DNA of 64,000 bases from contig MU057344.1 of assembly GCA_013239625.1 (NCBI GenBank), forward strand, positions 19,799,664 through 19,863,663. The letters run 5' to 3'. Below, in pieces: positions 11,071 through 24,214 of this stretch (its first letter is position 1; each line of letters starts with the position of its first letter). Position numbers and translations under genes: made by a program. Origin of the DNA: Lama guanicoe (Eukaryota). The notes under the pieces are model-generated. The model was not told where the DNA came from. It worked only from the letters and a program-made list of their open reading frames with translations, and did no database searches.

Positions 11071-13329
11071 GGGGTCTGCTTTAGGAGCACGAGGGTAGGC
11101 TGCTCAAGGTCTGCGCAGGAAGAGAAATCTCAGCGACAACGGGCACCACAACGACAACTGTTCGACCCGTTGAAGAGCGTGCTGTGAACTCCGCATCAAC
11201 TCACGTGTCAACAGATTATTTATTGGCTGTCCACTCCGTGCCGCGCTAGCAGGGCGGGGAACATGGTGAGAGGGCCCCCTGTGGCCTTGATGGAGCCCCG
11301 GGTCTCCCTGGGGAGACCCATGTGGGGCCACAATTAACGGTCCAGGGTGATCCCCGGAGTATGCCCGTGGAGCCGGGGCGCTGCTGCTGGCAGATACTAA
11401 CTGAGGTGCTCCAACGAAATGTGACTTGGGTGCCCCAGCAGAAGTGGAGTGTATGGAGTGTGAAGGGTAACGCTGGGGGGGGTCACCCAATCCTGCTCAG
11501 GCGGGTCAGGGATGGCTTTCCAGCCGAGGTGACTCTTGGCCAGAGTTGAAGGAGCAGTAGAGTTATTCAGACAGATGGGGTGGAGGGGTTAGGGTGATCC
11601 AGGCAGGGGACACAGCACATGCAAAGGTGTGGAGGTGTAGGTAAGTGTTGTGATCTGGGACACCACGAGTGTTTGAGTCTGACTGGAGCGCAGGGTACAA
11701 GGAGGGGAGGACCAGGACGATCCAACAGGGGCTGGGTCTTGAAAGGTCTGGGGTGCAAGAGAGCAACACTGGATGGGGGTGGAGGAGGCAGCGATGGTTT
11801 CACCCAAGAACAGCATCAGAATGGAGTCTGAAAAGATTAATTAAGAGTTCTTCTCTTATTGCAAAGACATCCCAAGAGCAGGAATCCTATTCAGGTTTGC
11901 AACTTCCTAGTTGGGTGCCCTGGGGCCACTCGCTCAACTCCCCTGAGCCTTGTTTTCCTTACTTGTACAGGTAAGTGACCTGTGGTGAGGATTCCTAATA
12001 TCCTACTGTTTCCTTAAAGCTGGGGTTCTAGCATCTGGTGGAAGTTGAGGCCCTTTTCCCCTGGGAAGAATGAACACACTTAAGCCCAGGCACAGCGCTG
12101 TATGTAAGGGGGATCCCCTGGCTAGGAACTCCTGGGTGAAGTGTGCCAACTCTGTGCCTCGCAGAGGCAGGAGCGGCAGGAGCGCAGCAAATGTTTGCTG
12201 CCAGATGAGCCTCTCTCTCCCCTTCACTCCTGGGGACCTCTCTCACAAAGGGATTCTTCAGCCTTTGCGTCTGGCAGGCAAGTGTCTGCCTTCTGTCTTG
12301 GGTGGGCGGGTGGGGACAGCTGCTGTGGTCAGAGAGGGCTCTGTCTCCCTTTGCAGAAATGAAACTGTACTGAGGTCACGGGGTCACAGCAGAAACACTT
12401 GGCCCCTGGTAGCCTGTCCAGTCTGCTGTGCCTTCGTTCACCAAATGAGGAAACTGAGATCCAGGGAGAAGTGGGGAAGAGGGGAAGCTCTGGCCCTGGT
12501 GGGAGTGGTCAGGAGACCTGGGCTGTCATCCCACCTGTGTGGCCTGGGACACCGTCCCCTGATCCTCCACTTTCTTATCTGTAAAGCCAGGATAATCACA
12601 CCTCAGAGGGCAGGTGTGAGCATTCAGGAGAAGCTGGCACATCGTAGTTGCCTACTAGTGGAATTTGACTCTATCTGACTTATTATTTGTGATTGTGTCT
12701 AACTCTTCTCCCAGACTGTAAATTCCTGGAAAATGAAAGGACAGAAGCTGTGTTTGTTGGGGAGAGTGGGGTAGGGACAAGAGACTACTATTTGTTCCCA
12801 GCCCAGACACTCAATGGTTAAGAAAACAAATGCAGAGCAGTTAGACAGGATGTCTCTCCAAAGGACTGATTTGTGCAGTAGAGGATATGCAGGGGTGTGA
12901 TAGGTGCAGGACTCTACCTTTTAGAAGGTGCCCTCACATTCCCTGCCGTGCCTCCAGGATTGCTCACAACACTAGGGCGCTGCAGTGCCTAAAGTCCTCC
13001 GTCAGAGACGTGTAGATTCTCAGGCTCAAAGGGAACTCACTGAAATCCATTGCTGTCTCCACCACAGCACAGAGTTGTACCCGTTGTCTTTCCGCACATC
13101 CTTCAGCAGATCCATCGCTCACCTGGCTCACCCTCCCAGGCCCCAGCTACCTCCACGTCTCTTCTCTAGTCCTGCCATCCTGCCCTTCTCAGCGGGCTTC
13201 TACCCTCTGCTTGTTGCATTTGGCCAAGCTCATGGGGGATCCTGGGGAGGCCTGTCCAGGCTGTCTCCACCCCTGCCTGGATCATGGCCTGCCTTTAGCC
13301 AACCTGTTCTTGTTTTTGTTTTTAATTAT

Positions 13330-13500
13330 TCAGATAGACCTGGATTTTATTCCTGGCTCTTCTATCTGGCCGTATGAACTTAGGCAAGTAAATTTACTTC
13401 TCTGAGCCTCAGTTCTCTCAACTGTGAAATAGGAGTGACAGTGCCTTCTTCAGCTTGTTGTGAGGCATCAAAGATTGTTGGCATATAGAAGGTAGGAGTG
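13330..13500 (+). mobile_element. MIR SINE fragment
   Basis: MIR core: ttaggcaagtaaatttacttctctgagcctcagttctctcaactgtgaaatagg. Confidence 0.7.
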
Positions 13501-15559
13501 GCCAGTGCTCCAAAGAGACTCATTTTAAGGAGTAGATTGGTATGGTGGATAGATATGTAAATAAAATAGTTACGATTCAAAAGTCTTTCCTGATTTCTCT
13601 AAGAGAATGCTTCCTTTGGGACTGAGAGGGACCAGAGGTGGTTTACCTATGGCAGTGACTTTGAGTAGAAGTTCTTCCGGTGGGATACGGGATGGGCTGG
13701 TATAGAAATGCACATGGTATAGAGAGAATAGTCAGCAGTCTGAGATTGTGTGAGGAGAGAAGGGAGGACGTGATAGGTAGGATATGAGGCCAAAAGCTGT
13801 GTCAGTACCAGACCCTGGAGGTCTTTAGCACCAGAACAAGAAGTGTGGGCCGAGGGAACCACTGAGGAGTCTGAGCAAGAAAGCAGCTTGTTCCAGGTTT
13901 AAAAAGATCATGAATGGCTTGTGGAATGGGATGGGAAAGGGGTGGGGAGGATGAAGACCAGAGAAAAGCTGCTGTCTTTTCTAGGGGAGAGAGTATGAGA
14001 GAGTTCTCAGGCAAGCTGAGAGACCGGGGGTGTGGGGAGGAAGTAGGCAAGGGCACCAGTTCTGGGGTCTGACCAGCTTGGTACAGATCTTGACTTCCTT
14101 TTCCAGTCTTGGGTAAGAAACTTCATTTTTCTGAGCCTCAGTTTCCCCATCTGTAAAGTGGAATTGGTGTGGTTAGCTTGCAGTGAGATGCCCCAGAATG
14201 TTAGCCAAAATACAGGTGGCTAAGGGGATGTTGACTGGGTCAGTTGCAAACCTTACTAACACATTTTTTTTTGTTAATGACCCACGACTACAGGTAAACC
14301 CAACATCAGCATCAGTGTGCTGATAGAATTCTGTTTCCTGTTTTTTCACTTAACTTCTTGTTGTGAGTACTTTTCCATGTTATTACAGTCTCCCTCCCCA
14401 GCACAGCTAACTCCTACAGATCATTCTAATGAGCTGGAAATGTGCCTTTGGTGGGACAGGGCCCTGGACACAATGAACTGGCTGCCAACCTGGCCAGGGG
14501 TACAAGCTGTCTACCGGAAACAGTGGGTACTTGTCATATCCCACACCCCTTAACCCATCAGCTCTGCATACTTAACATCCCTTATTGGTTGGCTCCCACA
14601 CACTTCAGACTTAACAAAAACACCTGGCAAAATGGACCTCTAGGTCTCGTCTCTCCTGTCTGTCCCACAGTGTTCTCCATCTCCCTAACTGGAAGTCTGC
14701 CACCTACCTAGTCCAGTAAGCCAAAGCCTGGGAGTCCTTGTATTTGGCCAAGTTCATAGGGGGATCAGGGAGGCCTGCCCAGGATCCCCTGGATTTTTCA
14801 GGATGAAAATGTCATTCCAGGTTCCTCCCTCTCCCTCATTCCCTGCGCGTAACCAACAGGCAAATCAAGCCTGTCTCCTAAGTTAATCTGTTTTGTCTAC
14901 TTTTCTCTCTTACTTCAAACCAGATCAGTCACCAGCTTCTCTCATTTGGGTGCCTGCAGTTGTCTCCTCTTCCAATCCATTCCATTTTCTTTACAGTATT
15001 CAGAAGACATTTTTCTCCTTAAACCTTTTCAGTTTCCATACAAGGCCTTGTATGACCAGCCCTTGCTTCCCTCGTGCCATTGACCTGGCACTGTGCAGCT
15101 GTGGCCCCGCTGGCCTCCCCGGATCCTTAAGCACATCACATGCTTTTGTCCAGGTCTTCCCCGGCTGGTATTTCAAGTCTTAGCTCAAATGTTACTTATC
15201 TGACCTATATCTCCTCTCCCATNNNNNNNNNNNNNNNNNNNNNNNNNNNNNNNNNNNNNNNNNNNNNNNNNNNNNNNNNNNNNNNNNNNNNNNNNNNNNN
15301 NNNNNNNNNNNNNNNNNNNNNNNNNNNNNNNNNNNNNNNNNNNNNNNNNNNNNNNTACCACATCACCTTGCCTATTCTTCATACAGCGCCATCTGTAATA
15401 CCAGTGTGTGTGTCTCTTTCCCACTAGAACGTAAGCTCCATGAGAACAGGGAGAGGATTCGTTTTCCTTTTTCTGTTCTCCACCTGGCCCAAAGCCAAGG
15501 GGTGGTTAGAGGCACTCAGTAAATATTTGTGGAATGAATGAGTAAATGCTGCCATGTAT

Positions 15560-15770
15560 TAAGCACTTACTGTGTGCTTGGCACTGGAAAGCCCTCTACA
15601 AACAACTCACTCAGTCTTGACAGCAGCCCTGGAAGTAGTCATTGTGTCCCTTTTTACAGGTGAGGATACAGCTCAGAGAGGTTAACCGTGGTCACAGAAG
15701 CAGGGGTGGGCAAGCCAGGCTCTGGCAGATGAACCCAGTTCCCTTGACTCCCAGAGTGTGCATTTCTAGT
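15560..15770 (-). mobile_element. MIR SINE (antisense), preceded by an L2 3' end at ~15400..15545
   Basis: tttttacaggtgaggatacagctcagagaggttaac; L2 tail cactcagtaaatatttgtggaatgaatga. Confidence 0.65.
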
Positions 15771-18445
15771 GTGGGAAGAGGGGTCTCAGAGAGGCTGATT
15801 GGTTCCACCCTGGGAGAATAAAAGTTGGGTGAGACACAGAACTGCCACGTCATCAGAGTGAGAACTGGGCCCGTCACAGCCTGTAGAAGAAGCTCCACCT
15901 GCAGAGGCTCGACCCGCACAGGCTTGGCACTCTAGGCCTTTGGCTGCTTCCTTGTCTTTAGTACTTTGTTCTCCCCCAGGAGAGTCAGCAGAACTGTGCT
16001 CAGAAGTGCAGAGGCCACTGACCTTGTGTTTGTGTACCATGGGAGCTGGAGAGGCTGGGTCTCTAGGACCTCCTGGAAGGAAGAAGGGAGGGGGTGCTCT
16101 TTCGGGCCACACTGGAGCCTGAGAAGGGCTCTTGGGGTTCTCTTTCCATTTGTAGCCTTGGGTAGAAGCCTCCACCCCTTTTCTGTAAAACGGAGGAGAG
16201 ATGGGTTAGCTTAGATGAGAGCTGTGCCTGAGCATTTCCCGGGACAGGTTCCTGCTGTTATACACCAGTATTGATTTATTGAGCACTTACTATGTAATCA
16301 CTTTTACAGTGTTAGTTCATTTAATCCTCCACATTACAACAGGGTGTAGGTGCTATTATTATCCCTTTTTTGCTGAGGAGGAAACTGAATCATGAAGAAA
16401 TTAAATGATTTTGGTCAAACAGCTAGAAAGTAGCTGAGCACATGTTCTGGCCCCTCTTAACCATGACTCTACCGTTTGTATCTGGATAGCTGTGAATTGC
16501 CCTGACCCTAGCCATCCATTCCAGAGGGTTCACAATTTAGAATTTGGGAGCCCCAAGTTTAAACAACTTAACTGTCTTTCATAACCTTAAAGACCAGGGC
16601 TCAATAAAGGTTTATTTCCAGAGCTGCATATGTGGAGGAAAAAAGGCTTTGGACACAATTTGGGCTGGACTGGAATTGTGAGAGCCAGGAGGAATGTCTG
16701 TTCTCAGCAGCCTTGGGGAGGTAGTAGCAGTTAAAGGAGAAAAGGGGCTCAGGGCTGAGGCCCCTGGATCATCCCCTTCTTGTCACCTGTAGATGATTTC
16801 CTTTTCCCATGTTGTAACACCTCTTGTTTGTACGTTAGTGTGTGTGTATATACATTGTTTGTCTCTTGTTGGACTGTTCAGAGGAAAGCCAGGCTCCTCC
16901 CAGGAGTGGTGGCATTTTGGATCAAAGGGTACAAATGGTTTGGTTTAGTTTGGTTTTATTTAATGAAAGTAGCTTTTTTTTTTTGCATGTGGTTTGATTA
17001 TAACAGTGATGCATTACTAGGGTTACTAGTGGTTGTGTTAGGGTTGGGAGGAGTTATGAGGGACATTTCACTTAACGTTCTTCAGTGTTTTAATTTTCTA
17101 TATTAAAAAAAAATGTTGCCCCATGGATGGCGGACCTGCCAGCACCATGGATGTAGCTGCCCTGCTGCACCCGTGACATCGGGGCACAGAGGAAGCAGCT
17201 ATTTCTACACTCAGTGCTCAGAACAGTGGGCATTAAGAATGGTTTGTAGCCGGACAGTACGATTTTCTTCTTCCATAGAGTAAGGCTCGTTGTGAGGGTT
17301 AAATGAGATGTATGAGCACGTAGCAAGCTTCGGGCACAGTGGGATTGACTCAGAGAGGGTCTCCTTTAGTCATTCAGTAGGTCTGTCTGGGGGAGACTTT
17401 GTAGAAGAAAGCGTTGGGCAGGTGTGACCTGCTTGCCTGCCTGAGAGCTGCTGAGCCGGTATCAGTGGCCTGTGTCCTGTCCAGACCCGTTACTCCCTGT
17501 GTGGGGTCTGGAGCCACCTGGTCTATGAGCACTTGTGCTATGAGGACCCTTGACAAGGAGCAAGAGACGGTTTGGTCATTCTGGAAGGAGAGCCAAAGGG
17601 TTGCTCCTGGCATTGGCCCTGTGGGTGAGGCAGAGGTCAGACCCCTGTGTGGAACCCGTCGATGGGCCAATGATCATCCAGACCAGGGCCCTGGAGGGGA
17701 AGAGGGGACTGTGGCCCCCTGTCAGGTGGAGGGCTCAGTTTACTGTTGAGGGTCGAACAAAAGCTGTAGGTGACGCTCTCAACCAGTGTGTCCCTCCCAG
17801 GGCATGTGGCAGTGGGCGGGGGGGGGGGTCCCCGTGCTGGTGAGCCTGAGGTTGACAAACCTGCTGTAGAAAAACATGGTTTGGGGGGATTCACTGATGA
17901 GATTCCATGTCTCAGGGAAAAAAAAAATGTAACGTTCCTTGTATCTTAGATAGTATAATAAGATACAAAGAAAAAAGTAAAAGTTGTCCATAATCCCGAA
18001 ATTTCCCGGAGGTTACTTTTATTAATATTGAATATGTTTTCCTCCACACATTTTTTATATGTATGCTTCCCCCCCACAAATAGGATGGTGGGCTGTTTTT
18101 CAGTCTGCTTATATTATTTGGCAATGATTCAATATGTAAATCTCTGAAAACATCACTTTTAATGGCTTTCTACTGTTTTATCATCAATATACTACATATT
18201 ACCTAGCCAGCCTCCCAAGTGCATGGGTTGCTCCATTTTTTTTTATTATTATTAAGAAGAATACAGCAGAGAATATTTGTGGAAGTTAATCTTTAGGTAT
18301 ATTTATTATTTGGTTCTCAGATAAATTCTGAGAAGTGGAATTGCTGGGAATTTCTTCTCACCTCTTTTAAAGTTTTTGATAAATATTGCCTAATTAGAGC
18401 AGGAAAATGATTGCCATTTTTGCCTGTTTTTTTCAGGACAGGAAG

Positions 18446-18518
18446 ATGCCACCCAAGCGTATAGCTAAGAGAAGGTCACCCCCAGAAGATGCCCTCCCGA
18501 AAAGCAAGAAGGTGAAGG
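18446..18518 (+). CDS. RCC1: RCC1 coding exon 1 (exon starts 18437); NLS tail with PPK N-terminal methylation motif
   Basis: tttcag|GACAGGAAG ATG ... AAG G|gtaagt. Confidence 0.97.
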
Positions 18519-21500
18519 GTAAGTTGGCTTTAGCCTCTATCTCAGTATGGGTGGCCTCCTGGTGCCCCCAGAATCTGGGACTGGGCTCCTTCCTGAGGGG
18601 TCTGGAAGTCCAGGAACTCCACCCAGCTGGAGGGTCGCCTGTAGGTCATTGAATCCCACCTTCTGGGAATTATAACAGTGCAGAGACTTGCCTAAAAGCA
18701 CTCAGGTACTGGCCAAAAAACTAGACCCTAGGGCTTTGCCCCAGGCAATAATACATATGGTTAAGACCACTGACCTCCAGACTGGGTTCAAGTCCTGGCT
18801 CTGCCACTTTCTAACTGTGTAGCTTTGGTCAAATCACTGACCTCACTGAGCTTAGACTACCCCGTTCATAAAATGGGCAACCTCACTGGGCTGTTGTGAG
18901 GAAAGTGAGACAGTGTCCTGGTAGCACTCCAGGGAGCTGGCTGTGGTTTCCTCTCTGTTGGGACCCTGGAGGGAGTCAGGGAGGAGAGAGAGCCACGCCT
19001 AATCTGGGAGGGGGGAATGTGGACCCACTCTCAGACAGTGTCTGTCTTTTGCAGACTCTCGTAACCAGGCAGCGAGGGCCGTTGCCTCCCGCCGCATTCC
19101 AGGCGCCCGCTCCTGCCAAGGTGCCTGTGGGCAGAGCCCTCCTGACCAGAAAGCCCGACCAGGTGGCTGCCTGCCCAGCGAGCCCTCTGCGCAGTCGGGG
19201 CAGCTGTGGCCACACCCCCAGAGGGAGGGCCTGGATGCCATTGGCTGTCGGGGCCACGGGCGCCGTCATTGGCCAGCAGATGGCCCTGTGCCACGCACCT
19301 GTTGGCATGTACCTCTCCTCAAATGTCTGTGCGGTGTCTTAGGCCTGCCGGTTCCTCTTCAGCTGCTTGTCTGCTCCCAGATAGGAGCACAGTGAGGGTC
19401 ACTGTTCGTGACCAGAGGTTAAGTCACAACCTGAGGATGGAGGCTAGGGACTGTGCCCTGAACACACAGGCTTCACTGCAAACTCTTCTGCTAGTTATTA
19501 GCTCTGACCCTGGAGTGGTTACTTAACCTCTCTTGAGGCTCTATTCCCTTTCCTATAAAATGGGATCCTAAATATGGAAGGTCTGTAACAATGTGCAAAG
19601 CAATTCAACATTAGTAGAGTAAGCAGTCAGTAAAGGGGTAGACGTTATTATGCCCTCACTGTTGTCACCGTGTTTCTGACCAAGACCTTACAGCCAATCA
19701 AGGAAAGTATCTTACGTCCTCACTGTTCTTTTTCTCTCCCCACTAAGATTTATTTCACAATATCCAGTATCTCATTGTTTCCATTTCCTTCCACTCACAT
19801 TAATAATATGCTTTGTTTTTCATCTTCACAAAAACCCTATGAGATAGGTACTTTTGTTATCCTCATTTCTCAGATGAGGAAACTTAGGCTTGGAAAGGTC
19901 AGGCTAATGGTCTGTGGCAGAGCAGGGGCTTGAACCCAGGTCTGTGTGATCCCAGAGCCCATGCAGAGACCTCTCCTCTCCTGTCATCCTACACACTCAG
20001 GGGCTGTCTTCTTCACCCCTCAGTCTCACATAGGTCCCACAGCACAGAACCAGGCTTGGTGCTGACACTGGGCCAGGGCGATGTGGGCCAGCTGGGGCTA
20101 GGCGAGAATGTGATGGAGAGGAAGAAGCCAGCCCTGGTGCCCATTCCAGAAGACATCGTGCAGGCTGAAGCTGGGGGCATGCACACCGTGTGTCTAAGCA
20201 AAAGTGGCCAGGTAAGTTGAGGGTGGCACAGGATGGGACAGGGCCTGGGCATGGGGGCTTGGGGAAGAGCTTTGAGCCACATTCTGTGGAGATGGAGCTG
20301 GCTAGATGAGCAGGGAGTGGCTTAAACAAGAGTGGACTGAGAGGCCAGACCTTGCACTAACGGGGCCATCCTGGACATAGGTCTACTCCTTCGGCTGCAA
20401 TGATGAGGGTGCCCTGGGAAGGGACACATCAGCAGAGGGCTCAGAGATGGTCCCCGGGAAAGTGGAACTGCAAGAGAAGGTGGTGCAGGTGTCAGCAGGA
20501 GACAGTCACACAGCGGCCCTCACCGAGGACGGCCGAGTCTTCCTGTGGGGCTCCTTCCGGGTAAGACTGGGTCTGGAGAACTGCATGGGGGCTGGCAAGC
20601 AGAATTAACTGGTGGGACCCCAAAGATAACTCAGCTCCACAGCCCTGTTGTACTTACTGGTGGGGAAATCAAGGCCCTGGGCAGAGCTCAGGCCCAGACC
20701 CAGGTCTTTGGCTTCTTCTTCTAGGCCTGTCCACACCACTGGCTGTTTGCTTGATGCTGATGTTATGAAGTATGTGTCTTGGGAAAGGGGTGGGTCAGCG
20801 ATGCCTTTGGGCTGAGGCTGAGCCAGGAAGCCTGCTGTCCTCACCCATCTCCCTACTTTTAACTTCCCCCTTCCCCTTCCCACCCCTCTTCCACACTTCT
20901 CGGGGGTTTGGGGGCATATCACAGAATTTCCAAGACAGGAGAGTGGTTTAAAAGGAGATTCAGCATTAAAATTGCTTTGATACTTCAGTATTCAATTTAT
21001 TTTGGCATGTTAAACATAAAGGAATCTGATGTTTCCTTGTTGGGGCTATTTTTACTTTTTTTTAATGGAGTATTTCAAACACATAAAAATAATTAGAATA
21101 ATATATTGAACTCCATTTAGAATAATATGTTGAACTCACTTCAACAATTATCAGCTTGTGGCTAAACTTGTTTCTTTTTCACTCCCATCTCATCCCCAAC
21201 TCCTTTGTTATTTTAATGCAAATCACAGAGTACTATGTGGCCTGGCTCCTGCCCACCTCTCCATCCCTACCTGGCACCAGTGCCCTTCACCAGACAGCTT
21301 TGTGGCTGCCTGCAAAGCTGGATCTGGCTGGTACTAGGCAGATAGGACAGGCTGAAAACTGTTCATCCCTCCCTTGCAGGACAACAACGGTGTGATCGGG
21401 CTCTTGGAGCCCATGAAAAAGAGCATGGTGCCTGTGCAGGTGCAGCTGAGCACGCCGGTGATGAAGGTGGCCTCAGGTGAGTCTGGGCAGTAGTTGGAGA

Positions 21501-24214
21501 ACCTTATTCTGGGGCTGGCCCAGCCTTGGGCCTTACAGACAAGCCTTGCATCCCCTGCCTTCTCTCACCCTCAGGAAACGACCACTTGGTGATGCTGACA
21601 GCTGATGGCGACCTCTATACTTTGGGCTGTGGAGAGCAGGGCCAGCTGGGCCGTGTGCCTGAATTGTTTGCCAATCGTGGTGGCCGGCAGGGCCTTGGTA
21701 GGTGGCTTAGGTCCCTTTGGTGGGGCAAGTTGGCAGGCCACCCCCTGGTGAAGCTCAAGGGCAGAAGGGATTTTCTGTGTTCAGGCTTGTATCAGGTAGA
21801 CCTGTGGCGGTAGTTGAGAACTCTGACTCTAGAGCCGGACTAGCCCAGGTTTGAATCCTGACTCTACCACCCACTGGCTAGGGGACCCTAGACATAGTTT
21901 CCTCATCTCATTGGGTTGTTGTGAAGTTAGATGAGTTAACACAGAAGAATGTTGGTCACATGGTAAGTTCCATGTAAATGTTAAGCTCTTATGGTTGTGG
22001 GAGTCTGAATGGACTCTCTTGGCCTCAGTTTCCTCTTCTGTGTAAGAGGGAGAAGAGTCTCTGCTCAGTGTCCCTGCGAGGGCTTTTGAGTGGAGGAGAA
22101 AGAGCTGGGGCCTAGAGGAGAGGCCATGTGTGTTTGCCGTTGACCTGAGCCTTCTCTCTGCCTGCAGAACGACTCCTGGTCCCCAAGTGTGTGATGCTGA
22201 AATCCAGGGGAAGCCGGGGCCATGTCAGATTCCAGGATGCCTTCTGTGGCGCCTACTTCACCTTTGCCATCTCCTCTGAGGGCCATGTATATGGCTTTGG
22301 CCTCTCCAACTACCATCAGCTTGGTGAGTCGCAAGCCCAGCACCCAATGTAGCCCAGAGTGACCTGAGTTCCAATCCTGCCTCCACCACTCATTGTTGTG
22401 CCCCCTTGGTGAGGTCACCTAATTTCCAGAGCCCCAGTTTTGTCATCTGTGAAATAAGAATGTGAATACCCTGGTGCAGGGCGGGTGGCCACACTGTGGG
22501 AGGGGATGAAGGACAGCTCCTTGGACACCTTCCCCCCTTGACAGCTCTATCCGGGCCTTTCTCCCCAGGAACCCCAGGCACAGAATCTTGCTTTGTACCT
22601 CAGAACCTGACATCCTTCAAGAACTCCACCAAGTCCTGGGTGGGCTTCTCTGGTGGCCAGCACCATACTGTCTGCATGGATTCAGAAGGTGGGACCTCCA
22701 GGCCCATTTCTGGGTCGGGGGTGGAGTGTTCCCTGGGCACAGACCTGGCCACACTCCTGAGTGATGGTTCTTGGAACCTGGGCCTGCTCCAAGGGTTGGA
22801 CTAGCTGTGGGTCTGTGAGGGTCACCCCCATCCCTCAGCATTCTGGTGCTCTTCCAAAGATGAGCAATAGGGTTCTATGGGTTGTTTTCCCAGGCCTCTC
22901 CCAAAACTGAAAGAGACACTGCAGACCTTCTCACCACCCTGGGAACGGGGGACCAGTTCCCATGGATGTGGGCACTCACCTGGCCTACCGGGAGCACGTC
23001 CTCTGCTAATCCTCTCTCTCTCTTCCCACAGGAAAAGCGTACAGCCTGGGCCGGGCTGAGTATGGGCGACTGGGCCTTGGGGAGGGCGCTGAGGAGAAGA
23101 GCATACCCACCCTCATCTCCAGGCTGCCCCCTGTCTCCTCAGTGGCTTGTGGGGCCTCTGTGGGATATGCTGTGACCAAGGATGGTGAGTGGGGCTGCCC
23201 GCAGTCAGTCTGGTTGGGGTCTGAGGGTTGTGATTCAGGCTCTGATATGATGGAGCTGAGATACGGAGAGCGGTGTTTGTGATGACATTGCTTTCATCCT
23301 GATTGTCAGGAGCTCTGGCTTTGATGACGTTACATGAGTAAACAGATTGTTTTAATAGAGATGATTTGTTCTGTAGAGGAGGAAAACAGCAAAGGGGGAT
23401 ATATCACTGAGGACCAGTCAGACAGTAGAACTTGAACCCAGGTCTCCCGACTCCTAACTCAGGCTTCTCTTTACATTTTCTACCACGGTGACCCTTTTAT
23501 TTACAACCTAGTAGGTGCCAACTTCCCAGGGAGTTGTACTTAGAATTTTATTAGGAGAAAGAAGGCTTAGTAGTTGGGGTCCTGGAAGGCACAGCAGAGA
23601 TCTGGACAATTGATTGCTAAAGCCTGAGTGGAACAGCCATGGGACCTTGAGAAGTCAGACTGGCAGAGGTGCTTGAACAGGGATTATCTGGGAAGAATTC
23701 CTGAGGAAGTGGGGCTTGTCCTGCACCTCGAAGGTTCAGTCCTTTATGATAAGCAAAGGAGGGCATCCGGGTCCAGGAATCGGGTCCAGGAATATCCCAG
23801 TGGTCCTGGGAATGGAGGGTGCTAAGGGGGTTTGGAGAATAGCCAGTCATTGTTGGGCCTTGAATGCCATGCCTAGGAGCAGGGAGAAGTCTTTGGCAAT
23901 GTGTAAGGACTGTGGTCTCTGGTTGACAAAGGTCTTCTTTATCCGTCACCCCCTTGTCTTCTCCCAGCATCACTGAATGCTGGGAAGGGTAGAGCTCGGG
24001 ACCCTGGAGACAGCTGCCCCCATTTCTCTCCTTTGTAGGACGTGTTTTTGCCTGGGGCATGGGCACCAACTACCAGCTGGGCACAGGACAGGAAGAGGAT
24101 GCATGGAGCCCTGTGGAGATGACAGGCAAGCAGCTGGAGAACCGCGTGGTCTTATCTGTGTCCAGCGGAGGCCAGCACACAGTCTTACTAGTCAAGGACA
24201 AGGAGCAGAGCTGA
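18446..24214 (+). CDS. RCC1: Regulator of chromosome condensation 1 (Ran GEF), 421 aa; join(18446..18518,20024..20211,20381..20560,21380..21476,21575..21697,22168..22323,22569..22688,23032..23184,24039..24214)
   Basis: All introns are GT-AG and phases are consistent; total 1266 nt. [25 protein letters not shown]-tail, RCC1 repeats (GQLG...HT), ends KDKEQS-TGA. Confidence 0.98.
19055..19162 (+). CDS. RCC1: RCC1 alternative exon (gamma-type donor after 19120, beta-type donor after 19162)
   Basis: ttttgcag acceptor; 66 or 108 nt, both frame-preserving; [36 protein letters not shown] resembles the human beta/gamma insert. Confidence 0.85.
20024..20211 (+). CDS. RCC1: RCC1 coding exon 2
   Basis: [24 protein letters not shown]...SKSGQ; AG/GT bounded, 188 nt. 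Confidence 0.97.
20381..20560 (+). CDS. RCC1: RCC1 coding exon 3
   Basis: [16 protein letters not shown]...WGSFR; 180 nt. Confidence 0.97.
21380..21476 (+). CDS. RCC1: RCC1 coding exon 4
   Basis: [21 protein letters not shown]...KVAS; 97 nt. Confidence 0.97.
21575..21697 (+). CDS. RCC1: RCC1 coding exon 5
   Basis: [27 protein letters not shown]...RQGL; 123 nt. Confidence 0.97.
22168..22323 (+). CDS. RCC1: RCC1 coding exon 6
   Basis: [15 protein letters not shown]...GLSNYHQL; 156 nt. Confidence 0.97.
22569..22688 (+). CDS. RCC1: RCC1 coding exon 7
   Basis: [17 protein letters not shown]...[12 protein letters not shown]; 120 nt. Confidence 0.97.
23032..23184 (+). CDS. RCC1: RCC1 coding exon 8
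   Basis: [17 protein letters not shown]...YAVTKD; 153 nt. Confidence 0.97.
24039..24214 (+). CDS. RCC1: RCC1 last coding exon
   Basis: [15 protein letters not shown]...[15 protein letters not shown]; 176 nt. Confidence 0.97.

Noticed and set aside
10242-11490. Long overlapping ORFs (143-250 aa) on both strands
   Set aside because: Arg/Pro/Gly/Ala-rich stop-poor artefacts of a CpG island, with no domain similarity. The same applies near 28300, 47400-47980 and the alternative frames at 57100-57880.
12070-12678. 202-aa ORF in an RCC1 intron
   Set aside because: It runs through MIR-derived sequence and resembles no recognisable protein.
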